Shown in pieces: positions 36,116 through 47,422 of a DNA stretch of 64,000 nucleotides; the first letter of the stretch is position 1; each line of letters opens with the position of its first letter. The position numbers were made by a program, and so were the translations under genes. This DNA comes from Malacoraja senta (Eukaryota), in NCBI GenBank assembly GCA_038087875.1, contig CM075998.1, positions 4,590,001 to 4,654,000 on the forward strand. The letters are read 5' to 3'. The notes under the pieces were generated by a model, which had not been told where the DNA came from, searched no databases, and worked only from the letters and a program-made list of their open reading frames with translations.

Positions 36116-38705
36116 TAAGAGTACGTGGCGGCACCTCCGGGAAGGGGAAAGAAGAACAAGGAGCTGCTGATACTGGTTTACGATCCAAAGAAGAGTCCTG
36201 ACCCAAAACGTCACGTATCTATGTCCTCCAGAGATGCTGCCCGACTTGCTGAGTTACTGCAGCGCTTTGTGTCCTTTTGAGGGAAAAGAGGAATTTGATT
36301 GCATTGGGGAAGAAGCTGTTCTTAAGTCTGGATGTGCAGGCTTTCAAGTTCCTGCATGTTTTCCCAGAAGGCAAAAGAGAGAAAAGGGAATGGTCCATAT
36401 GGCAAGCATCCTTGACGATACTTCAAGTCTTCCTGATGCAACACATCGTGAAGATGGACCGGACAAAAGGACGTGATGTGATGGACTGGGCTGTGTTCAC
36501 CACTCTGCAGATTCAGGCAGTTAAGAGCAGAGCAGTTGCTGAGATGCATCTCATCAGAATACTTTCCATAGCACATCTGTAGACGTTTGAGTGAATCCTC
36601 GTGGACATGCCAAATCTTCTCAGACATCTTAGAAAGTAAATACACTGATCTGCTTTCTTGAAGGCTGCACCAACATGTAGGGACCAGATCAGATTTCTGA
36701 CGACGGTGAAACTGTTGATCATCTCCACAGTAACTCTGTTAATGAGGACAGGATTCTTCATGGCAGAAAATGAATTGCCATCTTTTCTAAGATGGTACTG
36801 TTATAATGTGTATTAATATTTGGGTTGTATAATCCCTGCCTCGACGGGGGCAGGGAATGCGGCCAGAGGCCTTTATCGATGCGCCGCGGTCTCGATGCCT
36901 TCCGGATTGCTGTGTTGAAGCCCGGGTCGGAGCCTCGCGGGTCGGATGGAGGAACTGGATCTCGCGGCTGGGGCCCAGGTCGGCACCACGGAGGCGTGAA
37001 GTGGGGCGTCGACAGATGTGAGGCCTCGGTGGCGGTGAAGCCTCACGACGATGGGGCCTCGGCGATGGTGAAGCCTCGCGGCGGCGGCCATGCCTCGCGG
37101 GTCGACCGGCGGTGGACGGTCGGTGAGAGCGTGGAGGACCACCATGAGGGGGGAGGGGAAGAACAATGGAGGACCCAGCGTGGGGGGGGGACCACTGTGA
37201 GGGAGGGAGAAGAACAATGGACAATTGGGGAGGGTGGGAGAACAAAAGACAATGGGGACCCGACGTGGGGGGGGAAAGAGAGAACAAAAGGGGAAGCCGG
37301 CGTGCTTTGTAACTTTGTCAGTGCCGTAGGTGGCTGCTATTTGTATACATTGGGTATGCAGCAAAGAATCTCACTCTACCCAGTCACATGTGACAATATA
37401 GTATTCCATTCCATTCCATTCCATTTGCAGTTAACATTCATTTTTGACAAATTTCAGTTACCGCTCCTTTGGTTCAGCATCCATTTTTCTGATTTTATGT
37501 CTATGAAGTCCCTTGAGAGACCTTTCGAATTTAACGGCGTTATATAAATGCAGGATGTTATTGAATCCTTTGAACTGGTGACTTGATTCAGACAATTGTG
37601 GACAAAAAAAATAGATTAGTGTCAGAATTAAAACTTGAACTCTTTGATCTGTTCGTGACAAGATGCTGTTTTGTCATGGTTGATCTTGGTCATAGCCTGT
37701 AGATTTATTCACTTATATTCTCTCACACCCAGCATTTGTTGCGATCAGTTACTACATACTCAACTCCTGCTATACTTAGGGTTGTGGGGGCCCCCACACA
37801 GAAGTCTGCCATAATTTACTACATAATACAAGAGGATTAGCTTTCAAACTAAGGAATGTTGTTTGTTTAAATCCCTGAAGATTAGCATCCTATTTCCACA
37901 GTGGTCATCTGAGTTTATTCCGTAGTGAGTTGGCTGCCATTGGTTACGGTTAAGAAATCCAAGTTGAAACACCTTTGTGATTGCATTTAATTGAAATGAT
38001 TTTAAGGTGTGTTATTTACCCATTTACTTCATTTAATAATGTAATATGGCTCTCCCATTCGAAGTCACTTCTGTTTCTTTTGCTTTATGTACACAGATGA
38101 TCTACCCAAATGATTACTTGGGTGTTAGAGAGCATTGTTAATCAAATGCTCAATGGTGTAGAAATGCGTTCTCACCTCAACAGGTGTGCTAAACCAATGA
38201 TGTGTGGGTAACCTGTGTCGAATTATTGTGGTGCAGCGGGGACATGGAATGTAATTGTTACCTTCATGATAATGTGTACGCATGCTTTGCTCACCACGCT
38301 TTCATAAGGGAAAAAATTGTTATTCTTCCCACCTGCTGATCTATTCACGGCACTGACATCAGGGCTTCAGCCCTGGAGTCGCATCTGCTCGTGATGAAGA
38401 TGTCAGAAAGTATGCATGTATCTGACCAGTTCTTTTACATACAATCTCCCCCAACAATTGTACTGAACGGCGGAACAGGCACGAAAGGCTGAATGGATTA
38501 CTCCTGCTCCTACTTTCTATGTTTCATAGAGCCATACAGCATGTAAGCAGGCCCTTCGGCCCAACTTGTCCATTCCGACCAAGTTGCCCCATCTACACTA
38601 GTCCCACCTCCCTGCATATGGCCGATATCCCTCTAAACTGTTTCTATCCATGCATATATCCAAATGTCTTTTAAATGTCGTTATAATGCCTGCCTCAACT
38701 ACCTT

Positions 38706-39174
38706 GCCATAGCTATTCTTGTTATTGAGGGAGTGCAGCATAGGTTCACCAGGCTAATTCCCAGGATGGCGGGATTGACACATGATGAAAGAATGGGTCG
38801 ACTGGGCTTGTATTCACTGAAATTTACAAGGATGAGAGGTTATCTAATAGAAACATAAAAAATTCTTCAGGAAAAATGGTGGGGGAGTCCAGAACCAGGA
38901 GCACAATTTAAGAATAAGGAGTAGGCCATTTAGGACTGAGATGAGGAAAAACTTTTTCACCCAGAGAGTTGTGGATCTGTGGAATTCTCTGCCACAGAAG
39001 GCAGTGGAGGCCAATTCACTGGATGTTTTCAAGAGAGAGTTAGATTTAGCTCTTATGGCTAATGGAATCAAGGGATATGGGGGAAAAAGCAGGAACGGGG
39101 TACTGATCATATTGAATGGCGGTGCTGGCTCGAAGGACCGAATGGCCTACTCCTGCACCTATTTTCTATGTTTC
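38706..39174 (+). mobile_element. CR1 LINE 3' end nested in an opposite-strand CR1 tail (~38525-39262)
   Basis: EGVQHRFTRLIP..FFTQRVVDLWNSLP; the host sequence resumes at CTACCTC after the insert. Confidence 0.8.
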
Positions 39175-39657
39175 TACCTCTTCTGGCAGCTCGCTCCATA
39201 TAGCAACCACCCTCTTTGTGGAAAAAGTTGGCCCTCAGGTTCTCATTGAATGTTTCCCCTCTTTGTGATGTGATATACCAGTGCAATTTATTCTGTTGTG
39301 AAGATGGTAAACTGAGATCAGGTGCTGACAGACAAAGTCGTAAATATATGTGAGACAGATAGATTGCTTCAGGCTTTTTTCATGCATCTGTATAAGTCAT
39401 TGGGATTTTGCCCTCCTGAGTTATTCATTCTGTATAGGTTAGATCATCATCACAAAAGATGATGTATTTTCCATTCTGTGTCCTTGATCCTTCTTTATTT
39501 AGTCACAGCAGATGGAATTAAGCAGATTCTCTCTGAAGGAATACATTAGGTCCTTTGCTGTTTGTTAAAGTACAACCCTACATATGTACTGCTATAATGA
39601 ATGTTTAATACTAACAAGTCAGGCGGTAGATGCTCACCAACAAGGTAGCTAACCATG

Positions 39658-39831
39658 TGTAGGAAGGAACTGCAGATGCTGGTTTCAACTGAAGATAGAC
39701 ACAAAATGCTGGAGTAACTCAGCAGGACAGTCAGCATCTCTGGAGAGAAGGAATGGATGACGTTGTGGGTCGAGGCCCAGTCTGAAGAAGGGTCTCGACC
39801 CGAAACGTCACCTATTCTTTCTCTCCAGAGT
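39658..39831. mobile_element. Foldback Penelope end element with an intact + strand hammerhead core (39782-39809)
   Basis: CAGT-CTGAAGA-A-GGGTCTCGACCC-GAAA-CG-TC-ACC. TSD TAGCTAA(C/T)CATG at 39646-39657 and 39832-39843. Confidence 0.83.
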
Positions 39832-40214
39832 TAGCTAATCATGACTTGTTCAATTTGTGAATCCAAAACGAATAAGTGAAACTAACTTCAGCTAGAAATT
39901 GTAAAGATGTAAAGAATTAGATGGCAACTAACAGACTCTCTCAACAATGTGGAACAATCTGTGCGGCAGTAAGCAGTATTATATACCAACTCTAACTCTG
40001 CCCTTGAGTGTACTTGGTTCTTCGAGTCCATGTACGGGGAGAACCCAGCAGCCCTGCGTAAGCCATGTAAAGAGAGCACAACCTCACAAACTGCCTACCC
40101 CATCAGCCACCTCCGACCTCATCTGAGGAAGAGTCTACCGTTCCCACATTGGCTTCATTCGTCACCTCAGAAACCACAGAACCAAAGTGGAAGCAAGTCA
40201 CCCTTGATAATGAA

Positions 40215-40308
40215 GGTAGACAAAAGTGCTGGAGAAACTCAGCGGGTGCAGCAGCATCTATGGAGCGAAGGAAATAGGCAATGTTTCGGGCCGAAACCCT
40301 TCTTCAGA
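40215..40308 (-). mobile_element. Short Penelope end fragment inserted into an RTE 3' end
   Basis: 12-bp TSD CTTGATAATGAA at 40203-40214 and 40309-40320; junction lies next to the hammerhead core. Confidence 0.83.
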
Positions 40309-40985
40309 CTTGATAATGAATGGACTGCTTAGGAAGAAAGATTGTACAGCAAAGCATGTACGTGGTGGGAGTGGGTGATGGAAGGGAGGGAAAATACTTG
40401 CACCAAAATGTATCCTTGCGGTATATTGAATCAATGAGCATCTGAACTTTAATTTGCCTCAACCACAAGCTATGCCTACATTGTGTTCTATCTATATGAT
40501 CTGCTGCAGTAACTTGTGAAGCCTTCTTCAGCAGGACCTCTAAATCCTGTGATTTCTACCAAGAAGGACAAGGACAGCAATGGTTTGAAAAAACACATCA
40601 TCTCCAAGTTCTCCTCCTAAAGTCTATCTAGACTTGGAGATCTTTTGCTAATCCTTCAATGGTGTTGGGTCTAAACTCCCTTCTGAACAGCACACTTGGA
40701 GCATCTTCACCAGAATTTGATGAAGGTGGTACACTACCAAGGGCAGTTAATGATGAGCAATTATTGCTGGCCTTGCCAGTGACACCATCTTGCGAATGGA
40801 TTTCAGAATCTTATCAGCTACAGTCAACAGTTCAGGCCACTGATTCAATCAAGTGTGCCGAATGGTATTAAAAAAATATACTCAAAACATGTAACTACAT
40901 ATTATCCATAAATCCTGTTTCAATCTGGGTATAAATTTTCAAAAGAAACTTTTTTTTCTTGTTTACAGTTACAAGAATTACAGAA

Positions 40986-41137
40986 ATGGAACAGATGGCA
41001 GTGAGTACTTCTGCATTTCATCCTGAAGATGATGAATTTGATAGAAATTGCCCGCGGATATGTGGAGTTTGTGGAGACAAAGCAACTGGTTTCCATTTCA
41101 ATGCTATGACATGTGAAGGCTGCAAAGGCTTCTTCAG
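40986..41137 (+). CDS. VDR: Vitamin D receptor, first conserved coding exon (N-terminus and zinc finger 1)
   Basis: Translates [50 protein letters not shown](R), closely matching vertebrate VDR (MEAMAASTS...[34 protein letters not shown]). Polypyrimidine acceptor ttttcttgtttacAG ends at 40968; donor AG|GTAAG at 41138; phase 2. Confidence 0.96.
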
Positions 41138-43885
41138 GTAAGAAACTGTTAAATCTATATTCAATTTGCAAAAAAACATTTTTAATTGAGTCATGGTACC
41201 ATGCAAAGTAGTGCAGCGGGTTCCAGAGCCAGGGCATTGTTGACATGCATTTGCAACGATTTAGTTTTAACTTGAAAATCTCAATACTCATGATGGTGTA
41301 TTCATTATCAAGGGTGACTTGCTTCATAAGTTCTAGGAGCAGAATAAGGCCATTCGGCCCATCACAACTACTCTGCCATTCAATCATGGCTGATCTATCT
41401 TTCCTTCTCAACCTCATTCTCCTGCCTTCGCCCCTGACACCTTTACAAATCGAGAATCTCTCAATCTCTGCCTTAAAAAATATCCATTGGCGGCCTCCAC
41501 AACCGTCGGTGGCAATGAATTCCACAGATTCACCACCCCCTGGCTAAAGAAGTTCCTTCTCATCTCCTTTCTAAAGCTTCCACTTCGGTTCTCTGATTTC
41601 TGAGGTGTGCATTGTGATCATATAAGCAATTAATAGAAATGTTGTTTCAAAATATTTTTTTCTGCTTCCTCCCAAATAAGGATTGAGTCCAACTCCCTTT
41701 TGAATGTTTCAACTGAGCCAGCATTTAGTGCATCCGTTCAAAGATTATATTAAAATCAGGAGCTATCTCGCATTAAGGTTCCATCACTTGACTGCTCAAT
41801 GGAACAGCAAAAGATCTCAATTTATGTCCTGAACTGGATTTTTGGTTTAATCTGATGGCTTGTTACAAACCTACTACCATGTAGCAGGCTGGTCACACCA
41901 GATCCTAGAATTTACAATCCCTGAACGATATATATGCCGGCTGAGTTTAAAAATTGCTATTTTGAACAGAATTCTGTAAGGTAAGTACATTTGGCAAAAT
42001 AGCAGTATTCCAAACCTCTGTTTAATTGTCTGGTTCTTGCTGAAAAAATGCATTGTCTTCAATATAAAATATGAAAGATTTATGGATATATCTGGAAAAC
42101 TCCAACTGACAATAACGTGCTCAATGTCCAGTAGCCAGAAACTCCCAAACATTAAGAAGTAAATTAATATTCTATGCATGTTTTGGAGAAGTTAAACATC
42201 TTAATCCAGAGAAATGTAAAAGCACAAATTAGCTATAAATCCAATACAGTAAACCCTCGTCATAATGGCCCATAGGGAGGGAGTGGGGAGCAGCTTCCAT
42301 CATTGCCACTTATCCGCTATAACCGAGTATGGGACTATCATTGTACAGTATGTAGTTGAAACAAAGGACTGCAGATGATGGTTAATAATCCTCCCACGGT
42401 CCGCAGCCAACGAGAAGACGCAACCAGCCACCACGGGGCTGCCTTCTCTCCCCTCCCACAAGATGGCGACCTCTTTTTCCACCCCCACCCCAATCGGCAG
42501 TTGCCCTGCTCACACTCTGCCGGGGGCGGAAGTGGAGCGGACAAAGCGACGGCCGGCGCAAAGAAGCAGCAGATGGTGAAAGGGGAAGGGAGCCCCATGG
42601 TGACTGAGGGCATCCAGTGGCAGCAGCCAAAAGAAAGTGCTGTCCTCGGGGGCTACAGTGTGAGCCGCAACAACAGCTGCGTCAAACGGACCATGCGGTT
42701 AGTAAAGAAGGGCTCACTGGTGCACCTTGTAAGTCAGGGGTGGCCATAAAATACTGGAGTAACTCAGGCAGCATCTCTGGAGAGGACGGATAGATACGTT
42801 CCATTTTTTTAGGATTCTAGGTCAAAGATCAAACAAGTAAGGGTTTGACACAAAGCTGGAGTAACTCAGTGGGTCAGACAGCATCTCTGGAGAAAAGGAA
42901 TAGGTGACGTTTCGGGCCGAGACTCTCCTTCAGACTGACAGGGTTAACAAGCCTTGGCAGGTGGCTTGAGTTGGGATGGAGATCAATCATGATTTCTTTG
43001 AACTGTGGAATAACCTCAAGGGGTCAGCTCCTGTTCCTTTGCTGTTGTGATCATACTTAGTATATATTGAACCTGTCACAGTGTACAGTAACTGCTTGGC
43101 TCAGGTTTAAAGATATTAAATGGGTTACTCGTATGTATGTTCAGCCAATATCTTATGGCATTTTTTTCTGGATGTCATTCAACTTCCAAGAAGATTAGAT
43201 ACATGTTATCACAATTTCTCATTTAATAATTAGCAAACTGTAAATAGTTACTCCTTAGTAGCTGCAGCATGCTAAATGCTGGCAAAGATCCAAGCCCGTA
43301 AATCTTCTCACCTCCTTGCATTTCAAATCATTGAGCTGGGCTTAGAAACGCTTTTTCCTCTGACCTCATAGAATATCAGATGCTTGAAACTAATGTATGA
43401 CCAAGACTACCCTCCAGAGTCAATATTGCCTCTTATTGCCGTTATTTTAAATCATACTTTTATATTTGATACTGCTATTTTCTTCCTTTTGTGCCTTTAT
43501 ACGGCTCTGATTCTTCAAAATCCCAGTTCTCTTTGTGTCTCATCCTCACCTTACTCCGCTCTTGAGTACGCCCTATCACTGTCAAATATCGTTCTCGTAC
43601 TTTCTCAGTGTGACTCTCTCGACTCCTGAACACATTAATGTTCTCCCTCAGTTTCTCATTCATCTGATCACTTTCTCGTGCACGCTTGCAACCAATAACT
43701 CCTCCACATCACAGAACCAAATGCGATTTACTTGCAATATACAGACATTAGCTGTTTCTCTCCTTCATCGGTTCATGGACCCTTTATTTGCTGGAAAGGT
43801 TTGTAAGACATGTGTTGCGCCATTGGTGCCATTACCAGTCTTCAGCCAGATGGGTGAAACCGTTTGGGATGATGTGGTCTGTGGA

Positions 43886-44072
43886 CAGGGCCGGATTTAC
43901 GTATATGCTTCACAAGCTTAAGTTTAGGGCCTCGAGATCTAGGGGGACCTCGGCAGGGCCGGATTTACCTATAGGCTTCATAGGCTGATTGGGAGGGGCC
44001 TTACATAGGGGATTGGGAGGGGCCTCACAAGTGGAATAGCCTAGGGCCTCTCTTCATCTAAATCCGGCCCTG
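43886..44072. mobile_element. hAT-type MITE with a duplicated left end
   Basis: TIR CAGGGCCGGATTTA / TAAATCCGGCCCTG; 8-bp TSD TCTGTGGA at 43878-43885 and 44073-44080; second left TIR at 43954. Confidence 0.85.
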
Positions 44073-46942
44073 TCTGTGGAATATTTACATCGCAAGAAGT
44101 ATCTCAATCCGTCCCATTAACTGTCTGAACTAAATTATTTGCTCTGGAGATTAGTACACCAGAGTTGATCTGTAACCATTCCATTACTCTCTTCAGTATC
44201 ATATCATTAAGCTGAGGCCACATGTGTCTGGATGATGTACTGCACTGAAGAGTCTGACTAAATTGTACGTTCAACTCTCTAGACGGGGTTGAATCCTCAG
44301 CCTTCTAAATCCAGGGCATAAATTCTACTGCTGAGTTAAAGCTCATGGAAATGCTCTATGTTGAAGAGAGAGAAAAGAAAGGAAGATTAATCCAGGACCT
44401 ATTGTCAGGCAGTTATTTATCTTGTGGTTAAAATGAGATTGATATAGCCTAGCCTTGCTTTCCACATCATCATTTGTTACTGCACTCGAACCTACTTTAT
44501 CCACATGTAACAGTTGAAATTAAACTGATCATGAGAGGAGTATATATAGGATTTGTGTGTTGATGCATCGTGTTATATCTCTGACGGGAGACGGGAAGCC
44601 AGTTGTGGATGTCTGTCAGATGCATAAATAGCAGTTGTATTTCTTGCTAGCTCTACTCCCTGTAGTAACTGTGTCTCGACTAATTGTGAAGAATTTTGAG
44701 CGGTAGACATCTTATGAAATTCTTCCAGCCTTTATTTGAGTAAAGGAGTCGAAAAAGAAGATGTTGCATTCCTTGTGTTCTTTCACACATGTCAGAATTA
44801 GCCTTTTGAATTTGTGGAAAACAACTGGAAATTGTTAACAGTGGGATGTGTTCATTCCCTGGGCTAGAATGTTCCTTGCAATTCAAATCTGCCATGAGTT
44901 TAAATCATCGCCAGCTGTTGATGTCCACTGTTAATTTATGACACTTTTTTTATTTTTTCCTGACAAATCACACAACTAATAAAATAGTTTGCTGTCCCCA
45001 GCTGTTTGTCTTTGGACTCCAAATTTTTAGGTCCCACTCTGACTGTTACACTGCACGTTCCAGGGCCCAACGTGTTTTGCACTGTTGCGACTAAAATGAA
45101 ATAAAAATGCTTAGAAATTCTACTGCACCCAATTAGGGCCATAACACGGGCATTGCATCAGGGTATGAAGAACCATTTTGATTCTGGATTCCCCCATGTA
45201 AATTTCATTTCAGACAGAAGAAGGGTCTCGACCCGAAAAGTCACCTATTCCTTTCCACCAGAGATGTTGCCTGACCTGCTGCAGTACTTCAACATTTTGT
45301 GTCTATCTTCAGTGTATACCAGCATCTGCAGTTCTTTCCAACACATAGGTGTGGTCGGGCTTGGGGAAAAGGCCGTCTCAAAAAGGCCGTCTCAAAAAGG
45401 CAGCCAGCATCATTAAAGACCCACGCAACCCTGGCCACACTCTCATTTCACTCCTGCCATGGGGAAGAAGGTACAGGAGGCTGAAAACTATAACATCCAG
45501 GTTCAGGGACAGCTTCTTCCCTACAACCATCAGGCCATTGAACACTACAAACTCCAGCTAAACTCCAAACTGCTTTGGTAGTATTAGGGACTTTGGGTTT
45601 TGTTTTGTTTGTGCACCATATTGATCTTTGTTATTTATTGAACTTTTTTGTTTGTTTATTATATTATCTATTGATGACCGTGTTTACAAATCTGCTGCGC
45701 TGCTGCTGCAAGTAAGAATGTCATTCTTCCGCTTCGCTACTTATGACAATAAAACAGTCAACAATGTTGAGAATACATTTGAGGAAGATTTATATGTTGG
45801 CTTGGGGCCTGGGATCAGAAATGGGGAGGTATGGATTGAATGCAAGGAGTGTCAGAGAATTTGGGCCAAGGATCAGGTCCACAGAGGAGATGGATGGGGA
45901 GAGGTGGTGATGCAGTTTGGAGTGCTGAACAAGGGTCAAAGCAGAGGGTTCAGGGGATTTGAGCAGCTTATTAGGGCTTTAGGGATCAGGACCTATGGGC
46001 TTGGCAGCATGGCTCGGTCAGGCAGTTGCAATGATTAGAGGGGCCTCAGAAGGAGCCAAGAGTTTTGGGGAGATGGTGGATGACGGATCAGTGCAATGTA
46101 AGGGGCATGTTGGGTGGGAGCGGAGGGATACTGATCCTGCACTTTGGCGTGAAGAGTTGCCGATCCTGTACTGTTCTCCTGTACAGTGATCAGTGATTGT
46201 CCATTCTGGGACAACAGAGTTTAAGTTACCTGTAATCCTACAAATGAAGCTTTTCTTATCAACCTCTGCATGACCAAGACCGAAATAGTGTCCGGGATAC
46301 AAGGGTGACATGTGCCCTCCAAAAATGGGTATTATTGCATTTCACTCTTGGAAGAAAACGATTTTTGGCTGCATGATGCCAAAATAGAAGTATTGTGCAA
46401 TATTCTTGAACTCTTTCATTCGAGTTACCATAATAGCACAAAAACATCTCTTCCAGCTTTGTGCTTTTTATTAATGGCCCTCCAGGTCCTTGTTGAAATA
46501 GCTATTCTCAAGGTAGCAAGGCTAACTAATGTTAACAGATCTGGTGGCGTAGCATTGAAATGTAATCAATTCCTATCAATCATTCACTGTTCACCAGAGG
46601 TCATTGGATATCACCCTTGAAGAGGAATCCTGCTTGGTTTTTTTTTACTTCTCCTTTTCCATCATTGCGTGCTGTCGCCCCCTTGATACCTCAGTTAAGA
46701 CTGAAAAATCTGTGACAGGTTGCTGTTGTTTTCTTCTATCCTGATGTTTCAAAGCATATAAACTTGTTCAACGTCAATGCTTCCTGATGCCTAGCATTTT
46801 CTTTTCAATGGTTTGTAAAATTGTTAGCACTGTTCTTAGAAAGGAAATTAAGGTGAACTGTGCATGTCCTTTGTAATCACATACATATAGTCTTCATTGT
46901 TAAGTTTATTTTTATTTTTATTTTCTCCCTACCCTCTTGCAG

Positions 46943-47073
46943 GAGAAGCATGAAGAAAAAGGCCAATTTTACATGTCCTTTTAATGGCAATTGTTCAATT
47001 ACAAAGGATAATAGAAGGCATTGCCAAGCATGTAGACTCAAGCGATGCCAAGATATTGGCATGATGAAAGAAT
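46943..47073 (+). CDS. VDR: Vitamin D receptor, zinc finger 2 exon
   Basis: 131 nt between cttgcAG and GTAAGT. Encodes (R)[43 protein letters not shown](F); phase 2 in and phase 1 out, in frame with both neighbouring exons. Confidence 0.96.
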
Positions 47074-47186
47074 GTAAGTACTTACACTTCAAACAAGAAG
47101 TTTTCAATGAAATTGGGAAACACAATTTCTGCTAATCAGCTGCACATGATATTGCTCTTGGAATTATAGTAACAATGAAGACCTTA

Positions 47187-47422
47187 AGGGCCTGTCCCAC
47201 TTGGCGATTTTTTTTCGGCGTCATATCAGTGTCGCCAAAAGATTTTGAACACTTCAAAATCCAGCGGCGACAGAAAAGCGTTGCGACACTCGAAAAAACA
47301 CCGCGCGTCATAGGTCATCACGGCACGTCACCGCCACATCACGCTGCGACGTTTCGGTGACCTGATATGTCAGTCAATGATGCCGGCGGTTGCCGAAAAA
47401 ATTGCCAAGTGGGACAGGCCCT
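47187..47422. mobile_element. PIF/Harbinger-like MITE
   Basis: TIR AGGGCCTGTCCCACTTGGC / GCCAAGTGGGACAGGCCCT, flanked by TTA and TAA. Confidence 0.75.

Larger units (their letters stand above)
34440..36745 (-). mobile_element. Rex1-like LINE fragment split by nested insertions
   Basis: Tail-side GTTTATTGTCATGT near 34443. ORF remnants (KKADQCIYFLRCLRRFGMS..YRCAMESIL) at 36300-36745. Confidence 0.6.

Noticed and set aside
36787..37547. GC-rich 160-240 aa ORFs as a gene or CpG-island promoter
   Set aside because: Open frames on both strands reflect GC content. The segment ends in a LINE-like tail with (CCATT)n and resembles 42390-42700.
23511..42831. Nuclear-receptor elements (AGTTCAaaAGGTTA DR2-like at ~23511; AGGTCAaAGATCA DR1-like at ~42819) as autoregulatory VDREs
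   Set aside because: Neither has DR3 spacing, such matches are expected by chance in 64 kb, and the second lies between repeat fragments.
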